This document shows, in pieces, positions 13,067 through 25,781 of a DNA stretch of 64,000 nucleotides (position 1 is the stretch's first letter; each line of letters opens with the position of its first letter). The position numbers and the translations under genes were made by a program. Origin of the DNA: Eledone cirrhosa (taxonomy: Eukaryota); NCBI GenBank assembly GCA_964016885.1, contig OZ024740.1:168206001-168270000 (forward strand). Reading direction: 5' to 3'. A model generated the notes under the pieces. It made no database searches. It was not told where the DNA came from and worked only from the letters and a program-made list of their open reading frames with translations.

Positions 13067-13252
13067 AGGGCGGTGGATTGGCAGTATCAGTAGAGGGTCG
13101 GAGGCCATGCTTTCCAGCATAGTTACGTCCCTTTACGATCTGAGTTCAAATCCCGCCGAGGTTGACTTTGCCTTTCATCCTTACAGGGTCGATAAAATAA
13201 AGTACCAGTAATGCACTGGATAATTGCTGGCCTTGTGCCTAAAATAGAAACA
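13067..13252 (+). mobile_element. Full-length tRNA-derived SINE, recent insertion in a single array-A unit
   Basis: B box GAGTTCAAATCCC; central GTTGACTTTGCCTTTCATCC..GGTCGATAAAATAAAGTACCAG domain; perfect 17-bp TSD ATTATTGTCTTTGAATC (13050-13066 and 13253-13269); absent from other units. Confidence 0.92.
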
Positions 13253-13534
13253 ATTATTGTCTTTGAATCTAGCGATCCTTGTTCAAGTCTCGACGAAACC
13301 TAAGAAATAACATTTATTTAACGTTCATATAAATACCTTATTCATTGTTCTCGAAATGAAAGAGATGTTAGATATTTCTACTAGTTTGACTACCAGATTA
13401 GTTATCAATTTGGTTCTAATGGTTCAGGATATATTTTGATTGTGGTGTAGGGTAGGATTATACTTCTTTCATTTCTAGAACTCTTGATCAGCTAGTACTT
13501 ATATGAACGTCAAAACGAAAAAGTATAGATTTAA

Positions 13535-13606
13535 AGGTTTCACCGAGACTTGAACTCGGATCGCTGGATTTAGAGATCAGAGTGCTAACCATTACACCAT
13601 GAATCT
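13535..13606 (-). pseudogene. CUA-anticodon tRNA-Gln derivative, copy 2
   Basis: Identical to 11379 copy. Confidence 0.85.
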
Positions 13607-14002
13607 GCTTAATTCCAGCGTATTTCTCTTGTCTTTTACATACATAAGAGAGTAAACCAGTAAAAGAATAAAAAGTGATGTATAAGTATGTATTAACAGT
13701 TCGTGGATACGTTATCAATAACCTTCTAATAGATTAGGATGTATTTCTGTCGTAACTACTCCGTTTGTTCTAGTGGTATAAAAGACTACATTATCTAAAG
13801 TGATATGATGTAATTTTTAACAGTAGGGTGTCATGTGAAGGAGAGGTAAAAGCTATTTCTACCACGTTGACTACAGGATAAGTTATCAATTTGGTTCTAC
13901 AAGATTACGATTCCTTGTGACTGCGATGTAGCCTTACATCTCTTTCAATCGTGGATCGATTGATCAGGTAGCTTTGATAGGAACGTTAAAAAAAGGTTTT
14001 GT

Positions 14003-14074
14003 AGGTTTCACCGAGACTTGAACTCGGATCGCTGGATTCAAAGTCCAGAGTGCTAACCATTACACCATGAAACC
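14003..14074 (-). tRNA. trnQ-UUG: tRNA-Gln (UUG)
   Basis: Canonical sequence. Confidence 0.95.
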
Positions 14075-15488
14075 CGTCTCTGAGAGCTGCTCAGTTGATA
14101 TTCATATTGCTAGTTTAATTTCCTTTATTGTATGTTTATCTTGCAATTACTCTTGTCCTTTATTTAGATACACGAGGAAACCTGTAAAACACTAAATGGT
14201 GTCAACTCCAGTTGTCTAACAGCTCCGAGATTTTTGTTGATGTATAACACCAGGCGAAACCTATGTCGCTGATCACGTGACAGATATATTTTAACTTTGT
14301 TATACAATGTAAGAAATAAATATAATTAAAGTTTCTTAGGCACAAGTTTCATGGTGTAATGGTTATCGTTCTGGACTCTGAAACCCAAACCTTCCAACCT
14401 CCAAAACCCAAACGGGAAGTACCATGAATATAAGTGCCCCAGAACGGAGAGGAATGCAGCAACATGGGGAGCTTTTACATAATGAAAGCTATACTCATTT
14501 TCACAATAGAAGACATCTCTCCCCCACCATAAAGCGGATGGTAGATATCCCTGGCGGAGGGGGGTAGTTGACATGTCTTGAATACATTCATCCATTTTCA
14601 AATCTCATTGAATATTTTGTGTATTTTTTTTATTTATTAGTTTCGCGAAATCGTTTTAGAAATGAACAAAATGAAATCTTCGGCACGGTAGTGAGAAAAA
14701 GTGCGTAAACCAACATGCTCTGATACAGCACCACATTATCCTACTAATTCCACGTCAGATAAGAACACATTAAATATTTTTTTAAAGAACGTATTCCTTC
14801 TACTACATGTGGAATACCTTAGCAGAAAGCTGACCCAAAGTGTGAGCCTCAATGTAAAAGTACATATCTGTCTGTTGTTCGTGATGTAGATAATACTCAT
14901 GGACAGCAGACCTATAAATAACGGCCCTCCAGTTTTGACCATCCCGTACTTTTGTATATCAGGGATTACGATGTCCAATGTTTCTTTAATTTATAAAGTG
15001 ATATTGAACGATAAAGTAGGAAAGGAAGAGTAAAACGACAGACATTGAAAGTTAGAAAGACTTCAATGTGAGATGGCAACAGGTAGGAGACATTCTGAAA
15101 TATATTTAAACACTTACTATGTAAAAGAATCAAGGGAATTAAGAAAACAAGTTAAACATTTTACTGAGTGCTTATGGCAGACGGGTTTCGTGATGAAATC
15201 GTTAGCATTATTGTCTTTGAATCTAGCGATCCTTGTTCAAGTCTCGACGAAACCTAAGAAATAACATTTATTTAACGTTCATATAAATACCTTATTCATT
15301 GTTCTCGAAATGAAAGAGATGTTAGATATTTCTACTAGTTTGACTACCAGATTAGTTATCAATTTGGTTCTAATGGTTCAGGATATATTTTGATTGTGGT
15401 GTAGGGTAGGATTATACTTCTTTCATTTCTAGAAGTCTTGATCAGCTAGTACTTATATGAACGTCAAAACGAAAAAGTATAGATTTAA

Positions 15489-15560
15489 AGGTTTCACCGA
15501 GACTTGAACTCGGATCGCTGGATTTAGAGATCAGAGTGCTACCCATTACACCATGAATCT
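15489..15560 (-). pseudogene. CUA-anticodon tRNA-Gln derivative, copy 3
   Basis: As copy 1 plus a D-loop T>G change. Confidence 0.85.
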
Positions 15561-15956
15561 GCTTAATTCCAGCGTATTTCTCTTGTCTTTTACATACATA
15601 AGAGAGTAAACCAGTAAAAGAATAAAAAGTGATGTATAAGTATGTATTAACAGTTCGTGGATACGTTATCAATAACCTTCTAATAGATTAGGATGTATTT
15701 CTGTCGTAACTACTCCGTTTGTTCTAGTGGTATAAAAGACTACATTATCTAAAGTGATATGATGTAATTTTTAACAGTAGGGTGTCATATGAAGGAGAGG
15801 TAAAAGCTATTTCTACCACGTTGACTACAGGATAAGTTATCAATTTGGTTCTACAAGATTACGATTCCTTGTGACTGCCATGTAGCCTTACATCTCTTTC
15901 AATCGTGGATCGATTGATCAGGTAGCTTTGATAGGAACGTTAAAAAAAGGTTTTGT

Positions 15957-16028
15957 AGGTTTCACCGAGACTTGAACTCGGATCGCTGGATTCAAAGTCC
16001 AGAGTGCTAACCATTACACCATGAAACC
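15957..16028 (-). tRNA. trnQ-UUG: tRNA-Gln (UUG)
   Basis: Canonical sequence. Confidence 0.95.
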
Positions 16029-17442
16029 CGTCTCTGAGAGCTGCTCAGTTGATATTCATATTGCTAGTTTAATTTCCTTTATTGTATGTTTATCTTGCAA
16101 TTACTCTTGTCCTTTATTTAGATACACGAGGAAACCTGTAAAACACTAAATGGTGTCAACTCCAGTTGTCTAACAGCTCCGAGATTTTTGTTGATGTATC
16201 ATACCAGGCGAAACCTATGTCGCTGATCACGTGACAGATATATTTTAACTTTGTTATACAATGTAAGAAATAAATATAATTAAAGTTTCTTAGGCACAAG
16301 TTTCATGGTGTAATGGTTATCGTTCTGGACTCTGAAACCCAAACCTTCCAACCTCCAAAACCCAAACGGGAAGTACCATGAATATAAGTGCCCCAGAACG
16401 GAGAGGAATGCGGCAACATGGGGAGCTTTTACATAATGAAAGCTATACTCATTTTCACAATAGAAGACATCTCTCCCCCACCATAAAGCGGATGGTAGAT
16501 ATCCCTGGCGGAGGGGGGTAGTTGACATGTCTTGAATACATTCATCCATTTTCAAATCTCATTGAATATTTTGTGTATTTTTTTTATTTATTAGTTTCGC
16601 GAAATCGTTTTAGAAATGAACAAAATGAAATCTTCGGCACGGTAGTGAGAAAAAGTGCGTAAACCAACATGCTCTGATACAGCACCACATTATCCTACTA
16701 ATTCCACGTCAGATAAGAACACATTAAACATTTTTTTAAAGAACGTATTCCTTCTACTACATGTGGAATACCTTAGCAGAAAGCTGACCCAAAGAGTGAG
16801 CCTCAATGTAAAAGTACATATCTGTCTGTTGTTCGTGATGTAGATAATACTCATGGACAGCAGACCTATAAATAACGGCCCTCCAGTTTTGACCATCCCG
16901 TACTTTTGTATATCAGGGATTACGATGTCCAATGTTTCTTTAATTTATAAAGTGATATTGAACGATAAAGTAGGAAAGGAAGAGTAAAACGACAGACATT
17001 GAAAGTTAGAAAGACTTCAATGTGAGATGGCAACAGGTAGGAGACATTCTGAAATATATTTAAACACTTACTATGTAAAAGAATCAAGGGAATTAAGAAA
17101 ACAAGTTAAACATTTTACTGAGTGCTTATGGCAGGCGGGTTTCGTGATGAAATCGTTAGCATTATTGTCTTTGAATCTAGCGATCCTTGTTCAAGTCTCG
17201 ACGAAACCTAAGAAATAACATTTATTTAACGTTCATATAAATACCTTATTCATTGTTCTCGAAATGAAAGAGATGTTAGATATTTCTACTAGTTTGACTA
17301 CCAGATTAGTTATCAATTTGGTTCTAATGGTTCAGGATATATTTTGATTGTGGTGTAGGGTAGGATTATACTTCTTTCATTTCTAGAACTCTTGATCAGC
17401 TAGTACTTATATGAACGTCAAAACGAAAAAGTATAGATTTAA

Positions 17443-17514
17443 AGGTTTCACCGAGACTTGAACTCGGATCGCTGGATTTAGAGATCAGAGTGCTACCCAT
17501 TACACCATGAATCT
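17443..17514 (-). pseudogene. CUA-anticodon tRNA-Gln derivative, copy 4
   Basis: As copy 3. Confidence 0.85.
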
Positions 17515-17910
17515 GCTTAATTCCAGCGTATTTCTCTTGTCTTTTACATACATAAGAGAGTAAACCAGTAAAAGAATAAAAAGTGATGTATAAGTATGTA
17601 TTAACAGTTCGTGGATACGTTATCAATAACCTTCTAATAGATTAGGATGTATTTCTGTCGTAACTACTCCGTTTGTTCTAGTGGTATAAAAGACTACATT
17701 ATCTAAAGTGATATGATGTAATTTTTAACAGTAGGGTGTCATATGAAGGAGAGGTAAAAGCTATTTCTACCACGTTGACTACAGGATAAGTTATCAATTT
17801 GGTTCTACAAGATTACGATTCCTTGTGACTGCCATGTAGCCTTACATCTCTTTCAATCGTGGATCGATTGATCAGGTAGCTTTGATAGGAACGTTAAAAA
17901 AAGGTTTTGT

Positions 17911-17982
17911 AGGTTTCACCGAGACTTGAACTCGGATCGCTGGATTCAAAGTCCAGAGTGCTAACCATTACACCATGAAACC
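17911..17982 (-). tRNA. trnQ-UUG: tRNA-Gln (UUG)
   Basis: Canonical sequence. Confidence 0.95.
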
Positions 17983-19396
17983 CGTCTCTGAGAGCTGCTC
18001 AGTTGATATTCATATTGCTAGTTTAATTTCCTTTATTGTATGTTTATCTTGCAATTACTCTTGTCCTTTATTTAGATACACGAGGAAACCTGTAAAACAC
18101 TAAATGGTGTCAACTCCAGTTGTCTAACAGCTCCGAGATTTTTGTTGATGTATAACACCAGGCGAAACCTATGTCGCTGATCACGTGACAGATATATTTT
18201 AACTTTGTTATACAATGTAAGAAATAAATATAATTAAAGTTTCTTAGGCACAAGTTTCATGGTGTAATGGTTATCGTTCTGGACTCTGAAACCCAAACCT
18301 TCCAACCTCCAAAACCCAAACGGGAAGTACCATGAATATAAGTGCCCCAGAACGGAGAGGAATGCAGCAACATGGGGAGCTTTTACATAATGAAAGCTAT
18401 ACTCATTTTCACAATAGAAGACATCTCTCCCCCACCATAAAGCGGATGGTAGATATCCCTGGCGGAGGGGGGTAGTTGACATGTCTTGAATACATTCATC
18501 CATTTTCAAATCTCATTGAATATTTTGTGTATTTTTTTTATTTATTAGTTTCGCGAAATCGTTTTAGAAATGAACAAAATGAAATCTTCGGCACGGTAGT
18601 GAGAAAAAGTGCGTAAACCAACATGCTCTGATACAGCACCACATTATCCTACTAATTCCACGTCAGATAAGAACACATTAAACATTTTTTTAAAGAACGT
18701 ATTCCTTCTACTACATGTGGAATACCTTAGCAGAAAGCTGACCCAAAGAGTGAGCCTCAATGTAAAAGTACATATCTGTCTGTTGTTCGTGATGTAGATA
18801 ATACTCATGGACAGCAGACCTATAAATAACGGCCCTCCAGTTTTGACCATCCCGTACTTTTGTATATCAGGGATTACGATGTCCAATGTTTCTTTAATTT
18901 ATAAAGTGATATTGAACGATAAAGTAGGAAAGGAAGAGTAAAACGACAGACATTGAAAGTTAGAAAGACTTCAATGTGAGATGGCAACAGGTAGGAGACA
19001 TTCTGAAATATATTTAAACACTTACTATGTAAAAGAATCAAGGGAATTAAGAAAACAAGTTAAACATTTTACTGAGTGCTTATGGCAGACGGGTTTCGTG
19101 ATGAAATGGTTAGCATTATTGTCTTTGAATCTAGCGATCCTTGTTCAAGTCTCGACGAAACCTAAGAAATAACATTTATTTAACGTTCATATAAATACCT
19201 TATTCATTGTTCTCGAAATGAAAGAGATGTTAGATATTTCTACTAGTTTGACTACCAGATTAGTTATCAATTTGGTTCTAATGGTTCAGGATATATTTTG
19301 ATTGTGGTGTAGGGTAGGATTATACTTCTTTCATTTCTAGAAGTCTTGATCAGCTAGTACTTATATGAACGTCAAAACGAAAAAGTATAGATTTAA

Positions 19397-19468
19397 AGGT
19401 TTCACCGAGACTTGAACTCGGATCGCTGGATTTAGAGATCAGAGTGCTACCCATTACACCATGAATCT
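19397..19468 (-). pseudogene. CUA-anticodon tRNA-Gln derivative, copy 5
   Basis: As copy 3. Confidence 0.85.
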
Positions 19469-19864
19469 GCTTAATTCCAGCGTATTTCTCTTGTCTTTTA
19501 CATACATAAGAGAGTAAACCAGTAAAAGAATAAAAAGTGATGTATAAGTATGTATTAACAGTTCGTGGATACGTTATCAATAACCTTCTAATAGATTAGG
19601 ATGTATTTCTGTCGTAACTACTCCGTTTGTTCTAGTGGTATAAAAGACTACATTATCTAAAGTGATATGATGTAATTTTTAACAGTAGGGTGTCATATGA
19701 AGGAGAGGTAAAAGCTATTTCTACCACGTTGACTACAGGATAAGTTATCAATTTGGTTCTACAAGATTACGATTCCTTGTGACTGCCATGTAGCCTTACA
19801 TCTCTTTCAATCGTGGATCGATTGATCAGGTAGCTTTGATAGGAACGTTAAAAAAAGGTTTTGT

Positions 19865-19936
19865 AGGTTTCACCGAGACTTGAACTCGGATCGCTGGATT
19901 CAAAGTCCAGAGTGCTAACCATTACACCATGAAACC
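19865..19936 (-). tRNA. trnQ-UUG: tRNA-Gln (UUG)
   Basis: Canonical sequence. Confidence 0.95.
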
Positions 19937-21325
19937 CTTCTCTGACAGCTGCTCAGTTGATATTCATATTGCTAGTTTAATTTCCTTTATTGTATGTTTA
20001 TCTTGCAATTACTCTTGTCCTTTATTTAGATACACGAGGAAACCTGTAAAACACTAAATGGTGTCAACTCCAGTTGTCTAACAGCTCCGAGATTTTTGTT
20101 GATGTATAATACCAGGCGAAACCTATGTCGTTGATCACGTGACAGATATATTTTAACTTTGTTATACAATGTAAGAAATAAATATAATTAAAGTTTCTTA
20201 GGCACAAGTTTCATGGTGTAATGGTTATCGTTCTGGACTCTGAAACCCAAACCTTCCAACCTCCAAAACCCAAACGGGAAGTACCATCAATATAAATGCC
20301 CCAAAACGGAGAGGAATGAGGCAAAATGGGGAGCTTTTACATAATGAAAGCTATACCCATTTTCACAATAGAAGACTTCTCTCACCCACCATAAAGCGGA
20401 TGGTAGATATCCCTGGCTGAGGGGATAGTTGACATGTCTTGAATACACTCATCCATTTTCAAATCTCATTGAAATATTTTATGTGTATTTTTTTTATTTA
20501 TTAGTTTCGCTAAATCGTTCTAGAAATGAACAAAATGAAATCTTCGGCACAGTAGTGAGAAAAAGTGCGTAAACCAACATGCTCTGATACAGCACCACAT
20601 TATCCTACTAATTCCACGTCAGATAAGAACACATTAAACATTTTTTTAAAGAACGTATTCCTTCTACTACATGTGGAATACTTAGCAGAAAGCTGACCCA
20701 AAGAGTGAGCCTCAATGTAAAAGTACATATCTGTCTGTTGTTCGTGATGTAGATAATACTCGTGATAATACTCAGCAGACCTAGAAATAACGGACCTCCA
20801 GTTTTGACCATCCCGTACTTTTGTATATCAGAGATTATGATGTCCTATGTGTCTTTAATTTATAAAGCGATAATGAAGGATAAAGTAGAAAAGGAAGATA
20901 TACGACAGTAATTGAAAGTTAGAAAGACTTTAATGTGAGTGAGATAGCAGCAGGTAGGAGAGACTGTGACATATATTTAAATGCTTACTATGTAAAACAA
21001 TCAAGGGAATTGAGAAAACAAGAGAAGCCTTTTACTGAGTACTTATGGCAGGGGGGTTTTGTGATGTAATGGTTAGCATTATTGTCTTTGATTCTAGCGA
21101 TCCGAGTGAAGTCACGGTGAAACCTTAAAAATCATTGTTTTCAACGTTTCTATAAATAAATACAACCTGATTAATGGTTCAAGAATTGAAGGAGATGTAA
21201 GTCTATATCGCAATCACAATAAATCCAAAACGTTTAGAACTAAAATGATGATAAATTCAGGATACAATAAACATATGACCAAACGTATTTCTCTCGTGAA
21301 CAGCTCAAATTTTTAGTTGTGTATA

Positions 21326-21955
21326 CCAGACCACCCGTTACCCTCCGGGTCACGTTCACTTCAAAGTATTTTTTTTAAATCATGTTTGCTTTAAAATAAT
21401 TTTTTAAATAATTAAAATATACACAGACATGTATATAATGGGAAATAAAAGGGGAAGGCCCATATATATATATATATACGTAAGTGTATGTATATAAATA
21501 TAAATGTGTGTTTATACATATACATATATATGTATATGTGTGTATATATATATATGTGTCTGTGATCTATATGTACTGGTCATAGACATATACAGACATA
21601 TACACACACACATATATATATCTATACAACAACACCACCACCTCTGTCTCTCTCTTCCATTCTCCTCTCTTTCTCGTTTCCCTCTCTCTGTCTCTCTTTC
21701 AATCTACTCTCACACAACCACTATCTCTTCCTCTCTATCTTTCTCTCTCTTTGTTTATGAAGGTACCCAGAAAACTCCATATCTCGGGAACCCGTTCTCC
21801 GATTTACGCGAAACTTGTTTTATTCCATTTGTATTTCCATTTCAGTGTGAACTTCCTTTCAAAGTATTTTCCCATTATGCGCCCTAATGGCTGTATTACA
21901 TTACAGACAAGCAAGCAAGCAATCACAGAATTTTAGTAGTATATAGATAGATAGA
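21326..21955 (-). mobile_element. Non-autonomous Helitron-like element (about 630 bp, microsatellite-rich)
   Basis: Minus strand starts a|TC(tatc..) and ends with hairpin ACCCG-gagggtaa-CGGGT then CTGG|t. No TSD. It interrupts a module that is contiguous at about 54520-54545. Confidence 0.7.
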
Positions 21956-22179
21956 TTAACGTGTTAGCTCGTTGATTCATTATCAATGGTAGGGTGCGAT
22001 TTCAATGAGAGACGAGCGTTATTTCTACCGCTTTGGCTACCGAATTAGTTATCAATTGGATTCTGACATTTAAGATATATTTTACTTGTGGTTTAGGGTA
22101 GGATATATTGCCTTTATTTCTAGAACGATTGACTTGGTAGTACATATATGAACGTTAAAAGGAAAATATATAGATTTAA

Positions 22180-22251
22180 AGGTTTCACCAAGATTTGAAC
22201 TCGGATCGCTGGATTCAGTGTCCAGAGTACTAACCATTACACCATCAAACC
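22180..22251 (-). pseudogene. Degenerate tRNA-Gln(CUG)
   Basis: aggtttcaccaagatttgaactcggatcgctggattcagtgtccagagtactaaccattacaccatcaaacc. Confidence 0.75.
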
Positions 22252-22686
22252 TGAGCATCTTTAATTATATCTATTTTTTGCATTGCAGATAGGGCAGTGA
22301 ATCAGCAGTATATGGAGAGCGTCGGACAGAATGCATTGTGGAATATAGTTAAGTCCCATTACATTCTGAATTCAAATGCTACCGAGGTTAGCTTTGCCTT
22401 CCATGCTTACAGGATCGATGAAACAATGCACCAATGGCACACTGGGGTCGATTATTGGGCTTTCCCGAAGTTATGTTACAAATGATAAAAAAAGATAAAA
22501 ATGTATTCTGGGTGAGATTTAATATTTCTTTTACTTTCAGTGATACAACGATTAGACTTAAAATAGAAAAGGGATCAAAATACATATCTAAATTATCAGT
22601 GAGCTTTGAATGCGGATCACTGAAATCTGAGTCCAGGGTTCTAACTAACACACCATGAAAGCACTACCCAAGCCACACTAATAATA

Positions 22687-24006
22687 CGAGAGTGGGGGGG
22701 GATCAAAAAGTTCGCGGAATTTTATCGTAGCAAGAAAAAAATCAGCTTAAAACAATATTAAACATGTCAGAACATTGTCACTGGGTGTTTACCTTGCTAT
22801 TAGTCACTTGCAATCAGTTATGCGCGGACTATTGTACAGTACTGACACTCTTTAAAAAACCTCTTTTTGGAACAATGGAAAATAGTTATTTTGAGATAAG
22901 ATCCAATATCAAGTTTCTGGTGAAACTCAAATGGAAAGGGACACAGATTATGGAGGCTTTAGTTAAAGTTTACGGTACTACTGCTCCAAAGAAAACTGCT
23001 GTCTACAAGTGGATTCAGCGAGTCAAAGAAGGGAAAGATGACCTTGAAGACGACCATCGCAGTGGAAGACCAGGAACATCAAAAAATGACCAAAACGTTG
23101 AGGCTACTCAGACTTTAATTGCAGAAGATCGAAGAATAACAGTTAATCAGTTAGCTAAGTCCCTAGACATTTCATATGGTTCGGCAAATTCAATTCTGCA
23201 CGAAAATTTGGGACTAAGCAAGCTTTCAGCGCGATGGGTCCCAAAAGCGTTCCGCCCTGATCAGCTGATTCTTCAAAGTGATCTGTCTTTGGCGATATTA
23301 AACAAAATTGAAGTTGATAAAGAGCATTTCCTGACCAGAATCATCACCGGAGATGAAACCTGGATCTACCAGTATGATCCTGAATCCAAACAGCAGTCAA
23401 AACAGTGGCTTCCACGTGGATCATCCGGGCCAATCAAGTTCAAATCTCAAAAGTCGGATCAAAAAGTGATAGCTACCATTTTCTGGGATTCAGATGGGGT
23501 GATACTAATAGATTATCTTGAAGGTCAAAGAACTGTGACAGGAGCTTACTATGCAAATGTTTTAAGGAAGCTGAAATAGGCATTAGTCAAGAAACAAAAA
23601 GGGAAACTTCATGGTGGGATCTTGTTTCACCATGACAATGCACCAGCGCATTCTGCGCGGGTTGCAAAAGAAGTTCTTCGAGAATTTCGATGGGGAGTGC
23701 TTCCTCACCCGCCTTATAGTCCAGATTTAGCCCCATCAGACTTTTTCCTCTTTCCAAAACTCAAAGAAATTCTAAAAGGGACTCGTTTTAGTGGTGTTGA
23801 AGAAGCTAAAAACACTACCAACACATGGCTTCGAACAAGGCCTTCAACTTTCTTTAGAGAGGGCTTACGAAGCTGGAAGCATCGCCTTGTGAAGTGTATT
23901 GACCTGCATGACAACTATGTAGAAAAATAAATTGAAGGTAAATCATATTTTTTGAAAAATAGATTATTTACTGAAAAATTCCGCGAACCTTTTGATCCCC
24001 CCTATG
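22687..24006 (+). mobile_element. Mariner (DD34D) DNA transposon, full length about 1.32 kb, irritans/Hsmar2-like
   Basis: TIRs (cgag..ggggatcaaaaagttcgcggaatttt / aaaattccgcgaaccttttgatcccccctatg); TA TSD at 22685-86 and 24007-08. Confidence 0.93.
22875..23930 (+). pseudogene. Mariner transposase (about 351 codons) interrupted by one in-frame TAG at 23577-23579
   Basis: HTH region, WVPK, TGDETW, HHDNAPAH and YSPDLAPSDF motifs; the two track ORFs share one frame. Confidence 0.92.
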
Positions 24007-24584
24007 TATTTCTTACCATGCACAACAAAGCTGAAATATATCTGTCACATACTCAACGATATGATCCAATCTTTCTAACGTTGAAGTATATTTATCTATC
24101 AATTTCTCTTGTCTTTTGAGTGCATAAGAGAGAAGGCCAGTAAAAGAATGAATTGTGTCAACTTCAGATGCCTAACAGCTTGGATATTTTTATTGACGAT
24201 AACACCAGTCTAAACAATGATACAATAAACTTATAATCAAACGTATTTCTGAGTGTGGTATAAGTATATATTAACATGTTAGCTCATGGATACGTTGTCA
24301 ATAACCTGCTAATAGTTTAGGATGTATTGCTTTCGTAACTACTCCTTTTTTTAGTGGTATAAACAAGTATATTATCTAAAGTGATATGACGTTATCTATA
24401 ACGGTAGAATATGATTTGAGGGATAAGTGAAAGTTATTTCTATCACGTTGACTACCGGATAAGTTATCAATATGGTTCTAAAAGATTAGGATTCATTGTG
24501 ATTGCGATGTAGCCTTACATCTCTTTCAATTCTGGATTGATTGCTTAGGTACCATTGATAGGAACGTTAAAAAATTTGATTTTA

Positions 24585-24656
24585 AGGTTTCACCGAGACT
24601 TGAACTCGAATTACTGGATTCAAAGCCCAGAGTGCTAACCATTACACCATGAAACC
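24585..24656 (-). pseudogene. tRNA-Gln(UUG) variant, probably pseudogene
   Basis: Four substitutions in T stem, variable loop and anticodon stem. Confidence 0.6.
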
Positions 24657-25709
24657 TGCCTGTCACATCTTCTCAGCTAAATGTTTGTATTGTTAGTATA
24701 ATTTCCTTTATTGTATTACATAAGGTGTTTAAATATATGTCAAACATTCCCCTAGATGTTGCCATTTCATTCACAATGAAGTTTATCTTTCATGTTCTTT
24801 CGTTTGTATTCTTCCTGTTCTACTTTCTCATTCATTTTACACCTTATTCAATAACTGACGACGATTCTACGTGATCTCACTGTCTTTAAGAAATAGCAGC
24901 CAAATCTCGTGACACAATATTGCCTTATAAATTAAGTATATATTGGACATCATAGTACCTGATATACAAAATAGTGAGATGGCCATAGCTGGAAGGCCTT
25001 ACGTTGATAGGTCTGTTGTATATGAGGCAACCCACCTGTAGTAGCTGGAATACGATATTTAGAAAGTGTTTATTGAATACCTTTCTGACGTGTGGTTTGA
25101 AGGGGGATATTGCGCTATTTTAGAGCATGTTGTCTTTCACGGACTCGTTCGCAGTACTATTATAAATGCTAAAGATTTATTCTGGCTTCGATCTAACATT
25201 TCTTTTCCCTCATGTCTGGAAATATACAATTAAGTACACAACAAAAACATATTGTCATCTAAGGTTTCAATGAGATTAGAAATTGGATTAATGTATTTAG
25301 AGTCCAGAACGATAACTATTATACCATGAAACCATTTCCCAAGAAACCTTAATTATATGTATTTCTTACATTGTACAACAAATCTAAAATATATCTCTCA
25401 CGTGATCAACATATCCCCAGCTTTCTCAAGTTGAAGTATATTTATCTGTCTATTTCTCTTGTTCTTTTATATATATACACGAGGAAACCAGTAACAAAAC
25501 AAATGGTCTCAACTTCAGATGCGTAACAGTAGGGTATGATTTGAAGGAGACGTGAAAACTATTTCTAACACGTTGGCTACTGCATGAATTATCAGTTTGG
25601 TTCTAAATTATTAGGTCAATGTGATTGCGATGTGGCCTTACATCACTTTCAATTCTAGAAAGATTGAACAGGTAACATTTATATGAATGTTAAAAAAATG
25701 TTACTTTTA

Positions 25710-25781
25710 AGGTTTCACCGAGACTTGAACTCGGATTGCTGGATTCAAAGCCCAGAGTACTAACCATTACACCATGAAACC
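25710..25781 (-). tRNA. trnQ-UUG: tRNA-Gln (UUG) variant, possibly functional
   Basis: Three substitutions: two give G:U wobbles (D stem, anticodon stem), one is in the variable loop. Confidence 0.55.

Larger units (their letters stand above)
9945..21125. repeat. Tandem array A: 1954-bp unit, about 5.6 copies. Each unit has 1 intact tRNA-Gln(UUG), 1 CUA-anticodon derivative, 1 MITE-split copy and 1 plus-strand pseudogene
   Basis: Intact tRNAs at 11847, 14003, 15957, 17911, 19865 give spacings 2156, 1954, 1954, 1954; identical repeated ORFs in the track. Confidence 0.96.

Noticed and set aside
22764-22874. 37-aa hydrophobic N-terminal extension on the transposase
   Set aside because: Mariner-like sequence begins at the ATG at 22875, which gives the normal length of about 350 aa. 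The upstream ATG lies in the 5' UTR and is probably fortuitous.
11379-23930. Functional coupling of CUA tRNAs with the amber-interrupted mariner transposase
   Set aside because: The CUA copies have broken acceptor and anticodon stems, tRNAs act in trans so proximity is irrelevant, and a single nonsense change is ordinary transposon decay. Treated as coincidence.
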